Shown here in pieces: positions 22,520 to 24,000 of a stretch of DNA of 24,000 bases (positions are counted from its first letter, which is position 1; each line of letters starts with the position of its first letter). Below the pieces are notes generated by a model. It saw nothing but the letters and a program-made list of their open reading frames with translations, had not been told where the DNA came from and ran no database searches. The stretch comes from Acidimicrobiales bacterium (GTDB taxonomy: Bacteria; Actinomycetota; Acidimicrobiia; Acidimicrobiales; JAHWLA01). Made by a program: the position numbers and the translations under genes. Where the stretch lies: positions 1,489 through 25,488 of the forward strand of contig DATAAM010000223.1 of the NCBI GenBank assembly GCA_036260075.1, given 5' to 3'.

Positions 22520-23707
22520 CTACAGGCGCTCGATGACGGTGGCGTTGGCCATGCCGCCGCCCTCGCACATCGTGAGCAGGCCGTAGCGGCCGCCGGTGCG
22601 CTCCAACTCGTTGAGCAGCGTGGCCAACAGCTTGGTGCCCGAGGCGCCCAGCGGGTGACCGAGCGCGATGGCGCCGCCGTTCACGTTGACCTTGGCCATG
22701 TCGGGGTGGAGCTCCTTCTCCCACGCCAGGACGACCGAGGCGAAGGCCTCGTTGATCTCGACCAGGTCGATGTCGTCCATCGACAGCTTGGCCCGCTCCA
22801 GCGCCTTCTCGGTGGCGGGGATGGGGCCGGTCAGCATGAAGATGGGGTCGACGCCCGCCAGCGCGAACGTGTGGAACCGGGCCCGCGGCTTGAGCCCCAG
22901 CTCGGCCGCCTTCTCCTCGCTCATGATCAGCGCGGCCGAGGCGCCGTCGGTGATCTGCGACGAGTTGCCCGCGGTGATCACGCCGTCGGGCTTGAAGGCG
23001 GGCTTGAGGTTGCCCAGCGTCTCCACCGTGGTGCCGGGGCGGATGCCCTCGTCGTGCTCCACCAGCGCGTCGCTCTCGATGACCTTGCCGGTCTCGCGGT
23101 CGAGCTTGCGCTCCCGCACCGGGACGATCTCGTTCTCGAAGCGGCCCTCGGCGTCGGCCTGCTCGGCCAGTGTCTGGCTGCGGGCGCCGTAGGCGTCGAC
23201 GTCCTCCCGGCTGAGGTTCCACTTCTCGGCGATGAGCTCGGCCGAGATGCCCTGCGGGACCAGGCCGCCGCGCTCGGCGTAGCGCTCCATGACCTTGGGG
23301 CCGAAGGGGATCGAGCCCGGCGTCACCGACGCGCCCATCGGGGTGGTGGTCATCACCTCGACGCCGCCGGCGACCACGATGTCGTAGGCGCCTGCGATGA
23401 CGCCTTGGGCCGCGAAGTGGGCCGACTGCTGCGACGAGCCGCACTGGCGGTCGACGGTGGTGGCGGGCACCGACTCGGGCCAGCCCGCGGCGAGCACGGC
23501 GTTGCGGCCGATGTTGATGCTCTGGTGGCCGACCTGCATGACGCAGCCCATGATCACGTCCTCGACGAGCGCGGGGTCGAGGTCGTTGCGCTCGGCGAGG
23601 GCCTTCAGCACCTCGCCGGCCAGGTCGGCCGGGTGCCAGCCCGACAGGCGTCCGTTGCGCTTGCCGCCCGCGGTGCGGATGGCGTCGACGATCACGGCGG
23701 TGGGCAT
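22520..23707 (-). CDS. Acetyl-CoA acetyltransferase (thiolase)
   Basis: ATG 23707 preceded by GAAAGAGGAG. VDRQCGSSQQS (active-site Cys), NVNGGAIALGHPLGASG, CEGGGMANA. Confidence 0.9.
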   Translation of the reverse strand: MPTAVIVDAIRTAGGKRNGRLSGWHPADLAGEVLKALAERNDLDPALVEDVIMGCVMQVGHQSINIGRNAVLAAGWPESVPATTVDRQCGSSQQSAHFAAQGVIAGAYDIVVAGGVEVMTTTPMGASVTPGSIPFGPKVMERYAERGGLVPQGISAELIAEKWNLSREDVDAYGARSQTLAEQADAEGRFENEIVPVRERKLDRETGKVIESDALVEHDEGIRPGTTVETLGNLKPAFKPDGVITAGNSSQITDGASAALIMSEEKAAELGLKPRARFHTFALAGVDPIFMLTGPIPATEKALERAKLSMDDIDLVEINEAFASVVLAWEKELHPDMAKVNVNGGAIALGHPLGASGTKLLATLLNELERTGGRYGLLTMCEGGGMANATVIERL

Positions 23708-23802
23708 CGCAGCTCCTCTTTCAGTTCTGGACCGGTCGGTCAAGTTTTCACCGGGGGCCGTGCTTGCTGCAACCCGGCGCCCGCCCGGTAGCTTCCCGGC
23801 CC

Positions 23803-24000
23803 ATGAAGGACATGGACCGGTGGCTGGGCGACGGGGGCATGGCGATCATCGCCGCCATCGGCGCCGCGTTCGGGTCGTACGGCGACGGCTGGGTGGAGGG
23901 GTCGTGGGAGCCCACCCCCCTCGCCTGCAACCCGCACGGCACCGTGCAGGCGGGCGTGCACGCCGTGGTGCTCGACGCCGCCATGAACTTCGCCATCAAC
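23803..24000 (+). CDS. PaaI/hotdog-fold thioesterase, 3' end outside the window
   Basis: ATG 23803; the frame stays open to the window edge and is not in the ORF track. MKDMDRWLGDGG...CNPHGTVQAGVHAVVLDAAMNFAIN matches the PaaI-family pattern. Confidence 0.6.
   Translation, partial: MKDMDRWLGDGGMAIIAAIGAAFGSYGDGWVEGSWEPTPLACNPHGTVQAGVHAVVLDAAMNFAIN

Overview
High-GC (about 70%+) actinobacterial-type chromosome segment. All calls rest on motif recognition in the supplied ORF translations and on reading the DNA by eye; no database search was run.

The window has three parts.

(1) Left core, 1-5343: larB-larC (nickel-pincer cofactor genes). On the minus strand, an orphan multi-TM sensor histidine kinase sits upstream of a co-directional secreted or anchored hypothetical protein. 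An orotate-PRTase-like gene follows.

(2) Accessory segment, 5344-12640, about 7.3 kb. It is bounded by 16-bp terminal inverted repeats (15/16 identical) and a directly abutting 5-bp direct repeat GCGGT. It sits 4 nt from the 3' end of a tRNA-Leu(CAG).
- It encodes an IS4-superfamily-like DDE transposase, translationally coupled to a frameshifted tyrosine-recombinase-like gene.
- It also encodes several small RHH/HTH proteins.
- Its most AT-rich part holds a three-gene minus-strand cassette: an OPRT-like enzyme, an unknown 125-aa protein, and a 2TM-anchored divergent PRTase-fold protein. A divergent winged-helix regulator and palindromic operator lie next to it.
- This cassette is my best candidate for an undescribed nucleotide-based conflict or defence module carried as transposon cargo.

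(3) Right core, 12645-24000: the conserved actinobacterial cell-wall and division neighbourhood. Gene order is tRNA-Leu, fhaA, fhaB, pstP, rodA, pbpA, pknB (4 PASTA repeats, no pknA), trpG, a DUF881 gene and crgA.
- A divergent pair is wedged between pknB and trpG: a Doc/Fic-like protein with a degenerate motif, and an RHH protein.
- After crgA come a small membrane zinc-ribbon-like ORF, a thiolase and a partial PaaI-type thioesterase.

Many long ORFs in the track are off-frame or antisense artefacts of the high GC content and were not called.
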